Below are positions 26,348 to 39,755 of a stretch of 64,000 bases of DNA, piece by piece. The stretch comes from Octopus sinensis (taxonomy: Eukaryota). Positions within the stretch are counted from its first letter, which is position 1; the number at the start of each line of letters is the position of its first letter. The position numbers and the translations under genes were made by a program. The notes below the pieces were generated by a model. It had not been told where the DNA came from, ran no database searches, and worked only from the letters and a program-made list of their open reading frames with translations. The stretch spans positions 50,220,001 through 50,284,000 of the forward strand of contig NC_043003.1 in assembly GCF_006345805.1 (NCBI RefSeq). The letters are read 5' to 3'.

Positions 26348-26538
26348 TTAAATTTAAATGTTGAAGTGAATCTAACGGGTTTTGTGTGTTTCTTAAATTG
26401 CTTATAAACACCTTCTACGCTGTAATTGTTTTCGTTCCAGCACACGATCTCAGATCAAGTCACTCGCTATGCAAGTACATCCCTGTAATGTATATATATA
26501 TATATATATATGTATATATGATTGTGTCTGTGTGTGTA

Positions 26539-26954
26539 GGCGCAGGCGTGGCTGTGTGCTAAGAAGCTTGCTTCCCAACCATATGGTTCCTTGGGCAAGT
26601 GTCAATTACTATAACCTCGAGCCGACCAAAGCCTTGTCGAGTCTATATGGTAGACAGAAACTGAAAGAAGCCTGTCGTATATGTGTGTGTATGTATGTGC
26701 GTGTGTGTATGCATGTATGTGTGTGTGTGTGTGTGTGTCTCTTTGCGTCTGTGCTTGTCCTCCTATCACCGCATGACAACCGGCGTTGGTGTGCTTACGT
26801 TTCCGTAGCCTAGCGGTTCGGAAAAAGAGACCGATAGAATAAGCACTAGGCTTAAAAAGAAATGTCCTGGGGTCGATTTGTTCGACTAAGACCGTTGAAG
26901 GCGGTGCTCCAACATGGCTGTAGTCAAATGACTGAAACAAGTAAAAGAATAAAA
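26539..26954 (+). mobile_element. tRNA-derived SINE, family 2 (CORE-like domain, internal TG/TA microsatellite)
   Basis: ggcgcaggcgtggctgtg...cttgggcaagtgt...ggcggtgctcca...gactgaaacaagtaaaag. Many copies in the window. Confidence 0.85.
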
Positions 26955-26956
26955 TA

Positions 26957-26987
<31 letters not shown>

Positions 26988-27622
26988 TACATGCATACAT
27001 ACATACATACATATATGTATGTATGTTTACATGCGTACGTTTGTGTATGCATATGTATATATAGTACCTATGTAACTAAATAAATATATATATATGCGTG
27101 TAGCTATGAATGTGGATGTTGAATGAAATTAAGACATTACATATTGTGACTCAACAGAAAGACTTATTTACAAACAAAAGCGAAACAAACGAAAAAAGCG
27201 AAAGAGGCGCGAGAGAAAATAAAGTCGCAGTAACTAACGGCCAACTGAACGCGTAATTTTCACTTGCGGATTGCACTTATGTAAATAATAAGCTAAATAT
27301 TATAATTAGTGATTTATTGATTCTCAGCATGGGTAAATTTTACAGTCTGTGAATTAAAAATTCGTGTCTAGTTTTCTGAATTAGAAAGCAAACGCAATTT
27401 ATGTGAGACAAACTGTAAGCCGTAATTAAATATAATAAAACAGATTTCAATTGAATTAAAAACATTGGAGAATTGCAACTGTAAAGATAATAGGTGTAAT
27501 GGGAATAGGAGTGCGCATGTGTTAGCAGAAGTGTAGGTGCGTGTTCGTATTATTTTACTGGATGCATATTTGAGTCCTTTTAACTAGGTATTTTACACAT
27601 ACATGACTATATACATACTACA

Positions 27623-27680
<58 letters not shown>

Positions 27681-27963
27681 CTATCTATCTATCTATCTAT
27701 CTATATATCTATCTCTTCTCTCTCCTCTCTCCTCTCTATATATATAATATATATATATATATAATATACGTACATAGATATATATATGTATATACATATA
27801 CAATATACATGCCTATACGCACACATACGAGCGCGCGGCACACACACATATATATAATATATGTGTGTGTGTGTGTATATGTTAATATATATATATATAT
27901 ATATAGTATGTATATATATGTATGTATGTATATATATATATATGTATGTATGTAGTATGTATG

Positions 27964-28033
<70 letters not shown>

Positions 28034-28039
28034 CATAAA

Positions 28040-28248
28040 GTTAATCCAAACATGAAAACACAAAGAGAAAACACCAACAACGCGAGGACGTGGAGCAAGT
28101 ATAGTGTTATTGGACACTCAGGAAAGGAAGGAAAGAAGGGGGATCTAACGTTTCGAGCGAAGCTCTTCGTTAGAAACATAGAAAAAGGAAAGATCCAAGG
28201 AAGGGAAGACGGAGGAAAAAAATCGCCAACGATACACAGCGGTCACAT
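28040..28248 (-). mobile_element. PLE pLTR fragment (family A) in (TA)n, with a mutated hammerhead at 28144-28176
   Basis: Minus strand TTT-CTAACGA-A-GAGC-ttc-GCTC-GAAA-CG-TT-AGA (G5>A). Homologous to 20785-20970. Confidence 0.75.
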
Positions 28249-28256
28249 ATTATGAT

Positions 28257-28304
<48 letters not shown>

Positions 28305-28429
28305 AGAGAGAAGCAGAGAGATGGAGAAGCATATATATGCTTAAACTTATGTATATGTACTCTTATGAATCGTGGGGGTGTTTGCATGAATATAGAAGCA
28401 TATAAACATATAGAATTTATATCTACATG

Positions 28430-28642
28430 CAGGGTGGCCCAAAAGTAAGTTTACAGTTATTCAACTATCTCGTTCACAGTCATATTAGTAACAGTTTAGA
28501 TCTTAATTATTAACAAAATATGAAACCATTATTCTATGCTAATTTAGTTAATTTTGTGAAGCTCCCTTTTCAGTTTGTAAGATAGAAATCTAAATGTTTT
28601 AAAAGGAATTTAAAATGCCTACGTGATACTTGGGCCACGATG
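28430..28642. mobile_element. Decayed Tc1/mariner-type MITE
   Basis: CAGGGTGGCCCAAAAGTA...TACTTGGGCCACGATG|TA. A second left end lies at 29285. Confidence 0.55.
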
Positions 28643-30073
28643 TATGTTTATATGTATGTATGTATGTATGTATATATGTATGTATGAATGTATATATATA
28701 TATATATATATAAACATGCATACTTACACATATTTACATATACATATGTATATACATATATATACTTACATACACGTACACATACACATATCTATTTATC
28801 TATCTGTCTATCACTTCTTAGCCAATATTGTTCACAGATTTGCTCTTACCTGGAGAAGTAGCATCTGTTACGTGTCAAGCTACTCGTTAAGTAGTATATG
28901 TGCCAGTGGGAGTGAAGGGCTCCCAGTTCTCGTTAGGAATTCCTTCTGGGAGAAGGTAAACTCGTATGAATAAAACTTGAAGTGCAGTTGGTTTCTGATT
29001 GTCTCAACCTTTTTTGTGTCTCTAGTTTTATAGCTGATTGCTCTGAAAAGTGAGTTCAGTGCTGTGCAACACTTTATTCACTCAAAACAAATTCAAACAC
29101 AGGAATTTCTAGATCTCTCGAGATTTTTGCACCGATTTACCGAGTTTAGGAAGTGGGCTTACTCGGTCACGAGTTGCCTTCCACCGTCACAGTGCTTAAA
29201 CTTACGTATACGTACTCTTATGAATGTCTGGAGTGTTTGCATGAACATAGAAGTATATAAGCGTATAGAATTTATATCTACATACAGGGTGGCCCAAAAG
29301 TAGGTTTACAGTTATTCAACTATCTCTTTCACATTCATATTATTAACATTATGCCTTCCATCATAATATCGATGTGGTAAGGGAATCCACCATGCTAAGG
29401 GAAGTAATTCAAGTTATGAGTGGTCAATGCATTCGCTGCGATGACGTTACGTTAATGGTGGTAGTGATGGAAAAAGAGAAAAGAGACAGAGACAGAGACA
29501 GAGACAGACAGATAGAGGGAGAGAAGGAGTGCAAAAATAAGAGTAAAAGAGCCCATTCAGTTATATTCTGTGTTAGCGTAGAGAAGTGGTAGCGTTCATA
29601 GACAGCTGAGAAAAAGAACGCCAATGTACATAAAATTGTAGTCACACATTCTCTCTTTTCTCCATTCTCTCTCAGGTACACTTACACATGTGGCTGCGCA
29701 TGTATGTGTATATTTGATGCTGTGTAATAATGGTTTCATGCTGTGATAATGGTGGTGCGTAAGATAATGATGGCAGTCCGAAATAACAATAAGCAATTGA
29801 TGGGAAAGTATATATCGCTGAAGGATTTAAAGCATGCGTTATAGTACAAGCAACTGCCGTCTGCCAAACGTTGTTTTTTTAAATATCAACTCCTCAAAAG
29901 CTGTTGAAACGCTATCCCTATGGAAGGAAATCGAAGACAGAATATCAGAGTTATAGATTATACATATAATAAACATTAAAAGATACAGCTCGTTAAAATG
30001 TGCAAACCAAATATTTAAATCAAGTCATGTATATGTAATATACATACATACACATATACATACACGCACACAC

Positions 30074-30115
<42 letters not shown>

Positions 30116-30120
30116 ATATA

Positions 30121-30163
<43 letters not shown>

Positions 30164-30222
30164 TATATATATATATATATATACATATATACATATATAC
30201 ACATACATACATATATATATAT

Positions 30223-30605
30223 AATCAAAATAAGCAACAAGGATATCCAGAGGTAATGCAGTACGATTGTTTCATTTCAAAATGCAGAGCAATCTTCAGT
30301 TGCATAAAGACATAGAACTTAATTAAATTAGAACAGATGGACACATTAGTAGAATTATACATAAAATCTCCAAGAAGTTAAGGAGTTAGACAAAGAACAT
30401 GCTGCTCTTACTCCAGCATAGAAGTTACATTGATGTAATGATTGCATTGTTCAATTAAATGGAGTTGCATGAAACGATCGTACTGCATTACCTCTGGATA
30501 TTTTTGTTGTTTATTTTGATTTTAATCACCTTACTTTGAAATTGTATGGATAATACCGTACTAAATTCTGGTGCCTCAACTTAAGTACAATATTCATCTG
30601 AATCT
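30223..30605 (+). mobile_element. Fold-back PLE pLTR remnant related to 46140-46740
   Basis: Inverted arms 30223-30275 and 30469-30521. Decayed hammerhead on minus 30256-30305 (ATGCAA-CTGAAGA...GAAA-CAATCG-TA-CTGCAT) and a 3' half GAAACGATCGTA at 30471. The tail aatcacc..gtatgg..ggtgc..ttaag is shared. Confidence 0.75.
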
Positions 30606-30756
30606 ATCTATCTATCTATCTCTCTCTGTATATATATATTTATACACACACACACATACACACACACACATATATATATGGTTCAAAATTGTACAAAAAG
30701 CAAAAGGAAAAAGACAAAAAACAAAAGTCAGCGACAACTGATGTAACAACAAACAA

Positions 30757-31181
30757 GGCGCAGGAGTGGCTGTGTGGTAAGTAGCTTGCTAACCAACCAC
30801 ATGGTCCCGGGTTCAGTCCCACTGCGTGGCATCTTGGGCAAGTGTCTTCTGCTATAGCCCCGGGCCGACCAATGCCTTGTGAGTGGATTTGGTAAACGGA
30901 AACTGAAAGAAGCCTGTCGTATATATGTATACATATATATATGTATGTGTGTCTGTGTTTGTGTGTCTGTGTTTGTCCCCCTAACATTGCTTGACAACCG
31001 ATGCTGGTGTGTTTACGTCCCTGTCACTTAGCGGTTCGGCAAAAGAAAAGAGACCGATAGAATAGTACTGGGCTTACAAAGAATAAGTACCGGGATCGAT
31101 TTGCTCGACTAAAGGCGGTGCTCCAGCATGGCCGCAGTCAAATGACTGAAACAAGTAAAAGAGTAAAAAGAGTAAAGAGTA
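30757..31181 (+). mobile_element. tRNA-derived SINE, family 2, full length
   Basis: Head ggcgcaggagtggctgtgtggtaag...gggttcagtccc; tail (GTAAAAGA)n. Confidence 0.9.
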
Positions 31182-31531
31182 AGGTGTATTAGTTTGACGC
31201 TCAAGAAAAATGGAAGAAATGATAAATCTCTGAACGAGGAAGGAATGTGGAGAGAAAACAATGGAGGAAGAGAGAGAGAGGGGAGAGAGAGAAGACGTGT
31301 CTCGATTAACTGTTTCACGTATGTTAAATTGACCGGAAGGAAAAACCGACGGCAAGAGAGGCAATAGTAACCTGGACAAAGTTTGTGCGGGCAAGCGTGC
31401 GTGTGTACGTTAACGTATGTGTGACTGCGTGAGGCTGTCTAACGCATGTGAGCCTAAGGCTATCAAATGTGTGTTTGTGCAAACGCATGTATCTAGAAGC
31501 TAATGTATTCGTGTATGTGCGTGTGTATATA

Positions 31532-31571
<40 letters not shown>

Positions 31572-31682
31572 GAGGGTACTCTATCATAGATACCGCACGC
31601 TAAGAGGGACCAATGCGGTCAAAACTACTAAAATAAACAAAATTAACAAAAATAAACAAAATTTATATCCTCAATTGTAAAA

Positions 31683-31730
<48 letters not shown>

Positions 31731-31755
31731 ATTTTATATATATATTATATATATG

Positions 31756-31756
<1 letters not shown>

Positions 31757-31843
<87 letters not shown>
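31757..31843. repeat. (TAGA)n microsatellite
   Basis: Read directly. Confidence 0.98.
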
Positions 31844-31847
<4 letters not shown>

Positions 31848-32541
31848 GTTTCGATGAATTGATAGCACTGTGTGACACCTTCTGTACTTCATCCATTTGG
31901 ACTTTGAGTTTTAGCCATATGAACTGTTCTCTGATATGAAAATAAGATTGTCGTACAGCTTATAAAAAATTTTTAAGTATTTCCAATATAGTCGTGCCAT
32001 GGTAGAATAATTTTAAGAATAGTTTATGTCAATTATTTCGTTCCATAAATAAGATTGCCTGAAGTGTCTGAAATATATACATATATATTTTTTCAACAAT
32101 TTCAAAATAAGATTTAATAAAATAGTCACGATCGAATAGCGAAGAGAAGTAAACCAATACTTCCTAAAAGGCAATTGTATGTAGCTGTTTCTATGGTGTA
32201 TTTATTTCTAGATGTAAAGGTGAAATAAAGACTGTGACTCTCAAGTGAGTAAGAGAAAAATATTGTTCTCAGATCTGTTCTGGCCTAAAGCACGGAATCA
32301 GTTCTACCTAAATAAGCTTTAGACTATCTCAAGAAATAAATGCTATATTTCATGGTTCTGTATGTTTCCAACGAACTTGTAATTTTCAAAATAACTGTAG
32401 CAATTCCACGAGTACTAATAACCCTCGTTAAAAAGTAGTTCGTACTTATTTTAATTAGTAAAATTCGGCTTTTAGGATTAGATTTAATTCTACATTTAAT
32501 TAGGTAATTACCTCAACGGTCATTTGATAGATCCGTTAGAG

Positions 32542-33211
32542 CATGGTTTCCCAACCTTATTTTGCTTGTGGACCCCTTTATATGCACATGTAAAATTTTG
32601 AAATAAAATATTTGTTTGTAGGTTAGTAAAAACTAACAATGAAACAATTTCTTATATTCTTATATTCATAGGCGCAGGAGTGGCTGTGTAGAAAGTAGCT
32701 TGCTTACCAACCACATGGTTCTGGGTTCGGTCCTACCTTGGGCAAGTGTCTTCTACCATAGCCTTGTGAGTGGATTTGGTAGACAGAAACTGAAAGAAGC
32801 CCGTCGTATATATACATATGTATATATACATATGTATGTGTGTATATATGTTTGTGTGTCTGTGTTTGTCCCCCCAACATCGCTTGACAACCCATGGTGG
32901 TGTGTTTACGTCCCCGTAACTTAGCGGTTCGGCAAAAGAGACCGATAGAATAAGTACTAGGCTTCCAACGAATAAGCCCTGGGGTCGAGTTGCTAGACTA
33001 AAGGCTGTGCTCCAGCATGGCCGCAGTCAAATGACTGAAACAAGTAAAAGGAAGTAAAAGAGTAACGGAAATAGCAAATACAAATCTTTAAAATTTCAAT
33101 AAATACAGGTACCTCTCCTAGTAAACAAGGTTTATATATGGACCCAGAAATTACAATTTTTTACTCGTGGGCACCCTTAAAGCTTCTTTGGACTCCAATT
33201 GGGAACCCCTG
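32542..33211. mobile_element. hAT-type MITE with 8-bp TSD CGTTAGAG, interrupted by a SINE
   Basis: TIRs CATGGTTTCCCAA and TTGGGAACCCCTG; TSD at 32534-32541 and 33212-33219. Confidence 0.85.
32671..33064 (+). mobile_element. SINE family 2 nested in the hAT MITE
   Basis: Homology to 30757-31181. Confidence 0.9.
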
Positions 33212-33663
33212 CGTTAGAGCGTCAGATAAAATGCTTTACATTATTTGTCCTGATGCTATTCTTTTTGATTTCAAATCCCGCTGCGGTCATATCTGTTTCT
33301 TGTCTCTTCGACGGTCTATACAAAGTACGAGTCCAGCGCAGTGGATTGGGGCAACTGTAAGAATATCGAAACGGATACTTAGCAATATTTGCTCGGGATC
33401 TCTGTACCCTGATTTCAAATTCTACCATGGCCTCCATGGATGATAGACTTAATATGCTATTGGTTTAAAACCACAGCCAGGCACCTTGGATACTGTTACG
33501 GAGTTGATTTTATTTTATCACAAATGGGACTGAGTTTTCAGTTTCAGGATACCTCCTCCTTTCTACCAGTCACATGGAAACTCGTGAGAGGCGGGGTGTC
33601 TTTTCTCATATCTAAAAGGTGTGTGTGTGTGTGTGTGTGTGTGCGCGTGCATCTACTATACAG

Positions 33664-33763
33664 NNNNNNNNNNNNNNNNNNNNNNNNNNNNNNNNNNNNN
33701 NNNNNNNNNNNNNNNNNNNNNNNNNNNNNNNNNNNNNNNNNNNNNNNNNNNNNNNNNNNNNNN
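33664..33763. other. Assembly gap (100 N)
   Basis: Read directly. Confidence 1.
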
Positions 33764-34069
33764 CTCGACAAGTAATGGCCTAATTTATGGGAGACATTTG
33801 TTATACACACACAGGCACACACACGCACACACACACGTACACACACGCACACACACACAGACCGAGGCATGCATGCATAGATGCACAAGTTTGTATGTAC
33901 ATGTATGTATGTATATTTGTATGTATCCATGCATGTAATTATATATATGTAATCCAGAATACACACAATAATAAACCATAAAATATTTTTTTTATTTTTC
34001 AAAACCAAACAAAACTAACAGTAAGATGGAAAATAATGTTTATTTTTGCATACCCTCATTTTATTTATA

Positions 34070-34320
34070 TTTGAAAAGTCTTCTCCAACTTTCTTTAATT
34101 ACCAAGTCTTTGAACAGATCTTTAAAATTAATCCTACGTAACTCATCTCCTTCTCTTAGTAAAAATAAAGCATCCAGCCTGCCTTGTTGCATAGTTGTTT
34201 TTGGTGAGATTTTTAATATACTTCAACCGAGAAAATGAATGCTTAGCTGAGCAATTTGTGACCATTAATGTTTAAAATATACGAAAAGTAGTGTCTACAT
34301 TTGGAAAGGCACACTCAGTC
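34070..34320 (-). pseudogene. hAT transposase C-terminal dimerisation-domain remnant
   Basis: Minus strand reads ECAFPNVDTTFRIF*TLMVTNCSAKHSFSRLKYIKN..TTMQQGRLDAL, matching the hATC pattern FPN..(ER)SFS.LK.IKN..R.TM...RL. TIR-like ends at 34971 and 35108. Confidence 0.8.
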
Positions 34321-35121
34321 AGTGGAGACTCGAAGATAAAATTAATGGGGCTGCTACTACAGAAAACCTTTAGCCGTTGTTTTAATACTGTGTAAAAGGA
34401 AACCAACATATAAAAAGAAAATTTATACATAAACTTGATTGGTTCGCGTTTTAGACACCGCCGGATAGTGCGTTTAATTTGTTCACTGAACATCTCCGCA
34501 AATTCCCCTTTGTTTTTCAAAAATCCCCTCTAAATCACAAAATAAGGGTGGGGGAAGCTGGAAGCAGGATGATAACCTAATTCTACACATTATCACATTC
34601 AAGAAAATAAACACGCTTTTAAGCACAACACACGCGGAGTCAAAAAGAAGCTACCTTTCATCAGGCATTGTCGTTCACGCAGTGTTCTCTCCCTAGTGTG
34701 AAGCTTCCTATCTCGGACATATGAGCATGCGCACAACAGCCAAATACCGCATCGTTGAAACTGTGAAGCGCACACTTCTATACAAGGATTTTTGTATTTT
34801 TTCATAAACTAGGGGATGACTACTGACATTAAGCTTAAGGATTATATAATGTACAAGAATAAAAAAAGAATTAAAGAATAAAGGTCTCATGATTTTTTAA
34901 AGTTCTCGATAATATCGAGTGGAAATAGGGGGTGCTGTAGTTCCGCCGTGCCTCTACACGAGCCGCCACTGCACTCAATAATGTTTATTTTAGCAAGTTT
35001 AAAATGGTTTCTAATGTGCCATAAACTATTTACAATGTCTATGGTGCACATCCTTCCCTCGATGCCCTAGGCACGTGCTTATTTTGCTTAAGTGTTAATC
35101 CAGCGCTGTATGTATGTAAAA

Positions 35122-35348
35122 GGCGGCGAGCTGGCAGAAACGTTAGCACGCCGGGCGAAATGCTTAGCGGTATTTCGTCTCCCGTTACGTAGTGAGTTCA
35201 AATTCCGCCGAGGTCGACTTTGCCTTTCATCCTTTCGGGGTCTATTAAATAAGTACCAGTTACGCACTGGGTCGATATAATCGACTTAATCCGTTTGTCT
35301 GTCCTTGTTTGTCCTTTCTGTGTTTAGCCCCTTGAGGGTAGTAAAGAA

Positions 35349-35350
<2 letters not shown>
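35122..35350 (+). mobile_element. tRNA-derived SINE, family 1 (Deu/Nin-like), full length, in (TATG)n
   Basis: Head ggcggcgagctggcagaa..gagttcaaattcc; central GCCTTTCATCCTTTCGGGGTC..TAAGTACCAG; tail tagccccttgagggtagtaaagaaat. Confidence 0.9.
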
Positions 35351-35379
<29 letters not shown>

Positions 35380-35469
35380 TGTATGTATGTATGTATGTAT
35401 GTATGTATGTATGTATGTATGTATGTATGTATGTGAGTGTGTGTGTATGTGTGAGTGTTTGTATATATA

Positions 35470-35652
35470 GGCGCAGCCGTGGTTGTATGGTGAGAAGTTG
35501 AACGTCTTCCACTATAGCCCCTACCAAAACCTTATGAGTGGATTTGGTAAACTGAAATACAAATTTATATTTTTGTGTTTATGTTTGCCCACCACCACCA
35601 CCATCACCGCTTGACAACCAGTGTTGGTTTGTTTACGTCCACTTAACTTAGC
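35470..35652 (+). mobile_element. Internally deleted SINE family 2 copy
   Basis: ggcgcagccgtgg...gagtggatttggta...gcttgacaacc...tttacgtcc. Confidence 0.65.
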
Positions 35653-36467
35653 ATGGTGGTGGTGGTCGTTGTGGTTGTGGTAGCGACGATGAGGATGAGG
35701 AGGCAAAGAGGGAGGGAAGAAGAGGAATATTGAGTATGAGAATGAGAAAAATGATTTACCTGGAAATGATCGCTACAACGATACTAACGTGGCCAATGAG
35801 TGTTCATTGTATGTATGTGTGCATGTTGAATGCCTATGTGATGAGAGAGTGAGAGAGAGAGCCAGCGAGGAAGAGATGGGTAGAGAGAGAGAGAGAGAGA
35901 GAGAGAGAAACGTACACAGAGAGTGACGTACAAAGTGAGCCTTGTCAGCGAAGACTAATATACAAAGCAGTTATAAGAAACACGAACTGACGTAGCTTAC
36001 CTTACCCTCAAAAGTAGTTTTTAGGGCAAGGTGAGCTACTTTGGAGCCAATGGGTAAGCCAGAATGCGGTCGCTGGGTTTGCTAAAGTAGCCGAAAAATT
36101 TCCTTCAAATTAGAAAAAATGATTGCCCAACATTATGCTGTATATTCGTTCCATTTTACAGGGGTTGAAATGAAATTTGAGTAAGATTTGGCTGATATTT
36201 CTTGTCGAGCGACTAAGTAGTGAGACCTTCGTTAGTCTAAATAACTGGGGGTATATTACATAATGCCAGGATTGTGTGCGTTTATTAAGCGTTTGGGCTT
36301 TTTGCACACCATACGTATGTGCGTGTGTGGGCATGTGTGAATATGTAGATACATATATACACATACATATATCAACGTGCTTTGATTACCAACTGGAAAT
36401 CGGATCCTTCATATTTTGTTACTGCCAGGAAAGTTCTAGTACTGTACGTGAGTGCTTTAAGCTTGTA

Positions 36468-36507
<40 letters not shown>

Positions 36508-36657
36508 GTTTTATATTAGACATATATGTGTGTGTGTAGGTATATGTATATATGTATATGTGTATATATATATATACTTACACGCACACTTATATACATA
36601 TACATATATATGCTTATATGTATATATATATATATGTATATATGTGTGTGTATATAT

Positions 36658-36705
<48 letters not shown>

Positions 36706-36710
<5 letters not shown>

Positions 36711-36887
36711 TCTTTATTAGCAACACAGGGCTGAACACAGAGGGGACAAATTACAAAGTAGAGCTTTTCTTTTTGGGGAGAAAAAAAAATTACAATTAAA
36801 AGTGGGGTGTAGGTTTTCGATCAAAAGGGATCGTAAAAAAAGAAGAAAAAAATAACGATCAATAGGGATCGTCTATCGCAGAAATGT

Positions 36888-36893
<6 letters not shown>
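36706..36893 (-). mobile_element. 3' end of a non-LTR element, in (TA)n
   Basis: Minus strand ends tgtcccctctgtgttcagccctgtgttgctaataaagaaac, the same tail type as 9985-10023 and 35310-35350. Confidence 0.6.
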
Positions 36894-36931
<38 letters not shown>

Positions 36932-37277
36932 GGTGTGCGAGAATGTGAAAAGGATAAGTAGAGAAGGAGAGTCTGCTTGTGTGAGTGAATGAGAGAGTGT
37001 GGGTGAGAGAGATAAAGTGATGTGTGTGATTGATTATATGAATCCCATAGCGAATTGTTTCGCAGAGATCACAACGAAATTTCATCCTCAAATACTGTAC
37101 GAATCATTATCGTAGAACCCATACCTCATCAATAATGCATATACACAATCATACATACATGCACACATACATTCATATATATATGCACACACATATATTT
37201 ATACATGCTTACATACACGCATGCACGCACGCACGTAGACACACACACACACACATACACACACACACACACTCATT

Positions 37278-37317
<40 letters not shown>

Positions 37318-37373
37318 CATACATACATACATACAGGACTGCATGCATACATATATGCATGCATACATACATA

Positions 37374-37553
37374 CGAACGAGTGTTTGAAAAGTTCCTGGC
37401 TTGGGGTAAAAGAAAATACAAGAGGATTAGTTAATTATGATTTTATTCGTCATATTCCTTCTCTCAGATTCCCACACTTATCGCAGAGGTTCTTTTGTGA
37501 TGCTTAGCGTTTTGTGATGCCCTTAACGCCAGGAACATTTCTGCAACCCACCG
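37374..37553. mobile_element. Decayed mariner-type MITE
   Basis: TA|CGAACGAGTGTTTGAAAAGTTCCTGGC ... GCCAGGAACATTTCTGCAACCCACCG|TA, imperfect TIRs. Confidence 0.55.
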
Positions 37554-37693
37554 TACATACATGCTTGCGTATATGAATAGTAAACTTCATTGCTCTCAAC
37601 ACATCAGTTACATTCAATAAGATGTTTTTCAATTAGAAATGTCTACCAGTCTTTCGAGTAGTTAGTTTTGGTATTTGTTTTACAGTCAAAACA

Positions 37694-38968
37694 TCAGGTC
37701 ATCCCACAAGTTCTGTCCGAATTTTGAATAAAGAAAACAAATGATCAAATGTTTATATTTAATTGACATTTAATCATCAATGTACTTTCCCTGATTATCT
37801 ATGACTTCCTTCCATCTATTTACAAGCTTTTTAATTCCATCAATGTAAAACTCTTTTGGTTTCAAAGCGAAGAACTCTGAAATGTCAGTTTCGACCTCCA
37901 CCTGGCTTGCGAAAGTTATGTCCCCCAAATGATTCTGTAAACTACGAAACAAATGGTAGTCTGAAGGAGCAAGGTAGGGAGAATAAGGTGAATGAGGAAT
38001 TTTTCCCAACCAAGCTCGTTGATCTTCTGTGATGTGATATTTGCAGAGTGGGGTCGCGCATTGTCCTGATGAAACATCACTCCTTTTCGATTCAGTAAAG
38101 CGGGTCTTTTTTCCTTCAAAGCTTGGTTCAACCGCTCTAATTGGTGACAATAGACTTGAGCATGGATTGTTGCATTAGGTGGTAACAATTCAAAGTGAAT
38201 TACTCCTTTGCAATCCCACCAGATAGAGAATAGAACCTTTTCCCCATGAACTTCCCTTCTCGGTTGTGGTTGAGCTTTTTCCCTTTTATCAAACAACTGT
38301 TTACGACGTTTAACATTTCGATAGAAAATCCATTTTACGTGACCAGTCACAAGTCTATCCAAAAAGGGTGAAATAAGTTCGCAAAAATGGAGAGAAGAGC
38401 AGATGTCAACTCGAGATTTGCGGTTGTTTTCCGACAATTCATGAGGCACCCATTTTCCAAGTTTAGGAACCTTTCCAAGTTGTTGAAGATGACGATGAAC
38501 AGTTGTATCGTTTGAACTAAGCTTTATTGCCAGTTCTTCAACTGATAATGCAGGATTTTTTTCAAGTAATGCCTCAAGGGGCTTATCATCAAACTCAACT
38601 GGACGTCCTGTTCGATCTTAATCTTCAAGGCTGAAATCTCCACTTCTGAATCTTGTAAACCATCTTTCATTCAAGCATTCTTTCCCATAAACTGAGTGTA
38701 TGTTTCGTGTCGCTTCGGCTGTAGAGTTTCCTATTTTGTACTAGTAAAGCATTATGTGCCACAAATGCTCTTTCGATACTCCCATATTAGAAAGGGTCTT
38801 AATCAAAGAAATTTTAATTCTATTATTCTGTAAAATAATTGTTAATTAGTTTAAATGTACACAAATGCATAAAAATAACTTTTAATTCCATTAGACATTC
38901 TAAAATACTATAAAATCGCATTCAATTTTAAAAAGGTAAAATCAGACAGAACTTATGGGATGACCTGA
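37694..38968 (-). mobile_element. Full-length (1275 bp) inactive mariner transposon
   Basis: TIRs TCAGGTCATCCCA(C/T)AAGTTCTGTC at both ends; TA on the right, CA on the left. Confidence 0.95.
37770..38785 (-). pseudogene. Mariner DD34D transposase pseudogene
   Basis: Motifs WVPHEL, TG(H)VKW, HQDNARPH and YSPYLAPSDYHLF. Early TAG, frameshifts, and the first catalytic D reads H. Confidence 0.93.
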
Positions 38969-39280
38969 TACATATCCTGCATCCTAAGTTTGTTGGCCAA
39001 CACAGCGTAGCAGATGTGAGATAAAATTTTCTGCCACTAAATGTACGTCGCTGCTTGTCTTCCGTCGGTCAATGTTGTACATACATCTACACATATATAC
39101 ATAGGCGTAAGAAAAATTTTTTATTCTTGATGAAGACTAGCAGTTGACCGTGCATATAAGTCTTATTTCTTCACACGAGTGATGTTTATAAAAGAAGCTA
39201 TCGATTTTAGTCGATACAGTGTAGCACTGAAGTCGTCAAATGACTTGATTTCAAAACGCAAATGACTGGAATAAATATTC

Positions 39281-39421
39281 TTTTCTACTCTAGGCACAAG
39301 ATCGACCGCAGTACACAACTGGTAATTAATTTATCGATCCCGAAAGGATGAAAGGCAAAGACGACCTCGGCGGAATTTGAACTTAAAGACAAGCGAAATA
39401 CCGCTAACGTTTCTCGCCGCC
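39281..39421 (-). mobile_element. SINE family 1, internally deleted
   Basis: ttatcgatcccgaaaggatgaaaggcaaag..gacctcggcggaatttgaact is the reverse complement of the family 1 core. Confidence 0.75.
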
Positions 39422-39755
39422 CATCAGTCCACCCGGCCCATTAACAGTTCTGTTAATACACCACCTTGGCCTGAGATTTCTTTGATCGTTCCTGAAAGGA
39501 TGAAAAACGAAGTTGACCTGCGCGGGATTTCAACAGAGGGAGCAACGAGTCGGAACGAATACCGGGAGACAGTGTAGCCAATACTATAACGTTTCAGTTA
39601 GTACGTCGCCTCATCGTTTGCGTCAAAACAACTAAATCTGCATCAACTTGCTTTTTAGTAATCATGTGTTTTAAGTGAGGGAGCAAGACTTGAACGCATT
39701 TAATGATATGTAATCAGTCAAAGCTGATCGGGAACTAAGCAACAACAGCAGGAGT

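Larger units (their letters stand above)
26194..26490 (+). mobile_element. Fold-back PLE-like pLTR remnant (arms 26194-26279 and 26290-26377, plus tail) between (GA)n and (TA)n
   Basis: ~86-bp near-perfect inverted repeat with a 10-nt loop, read directly. Confidence 0.8.
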
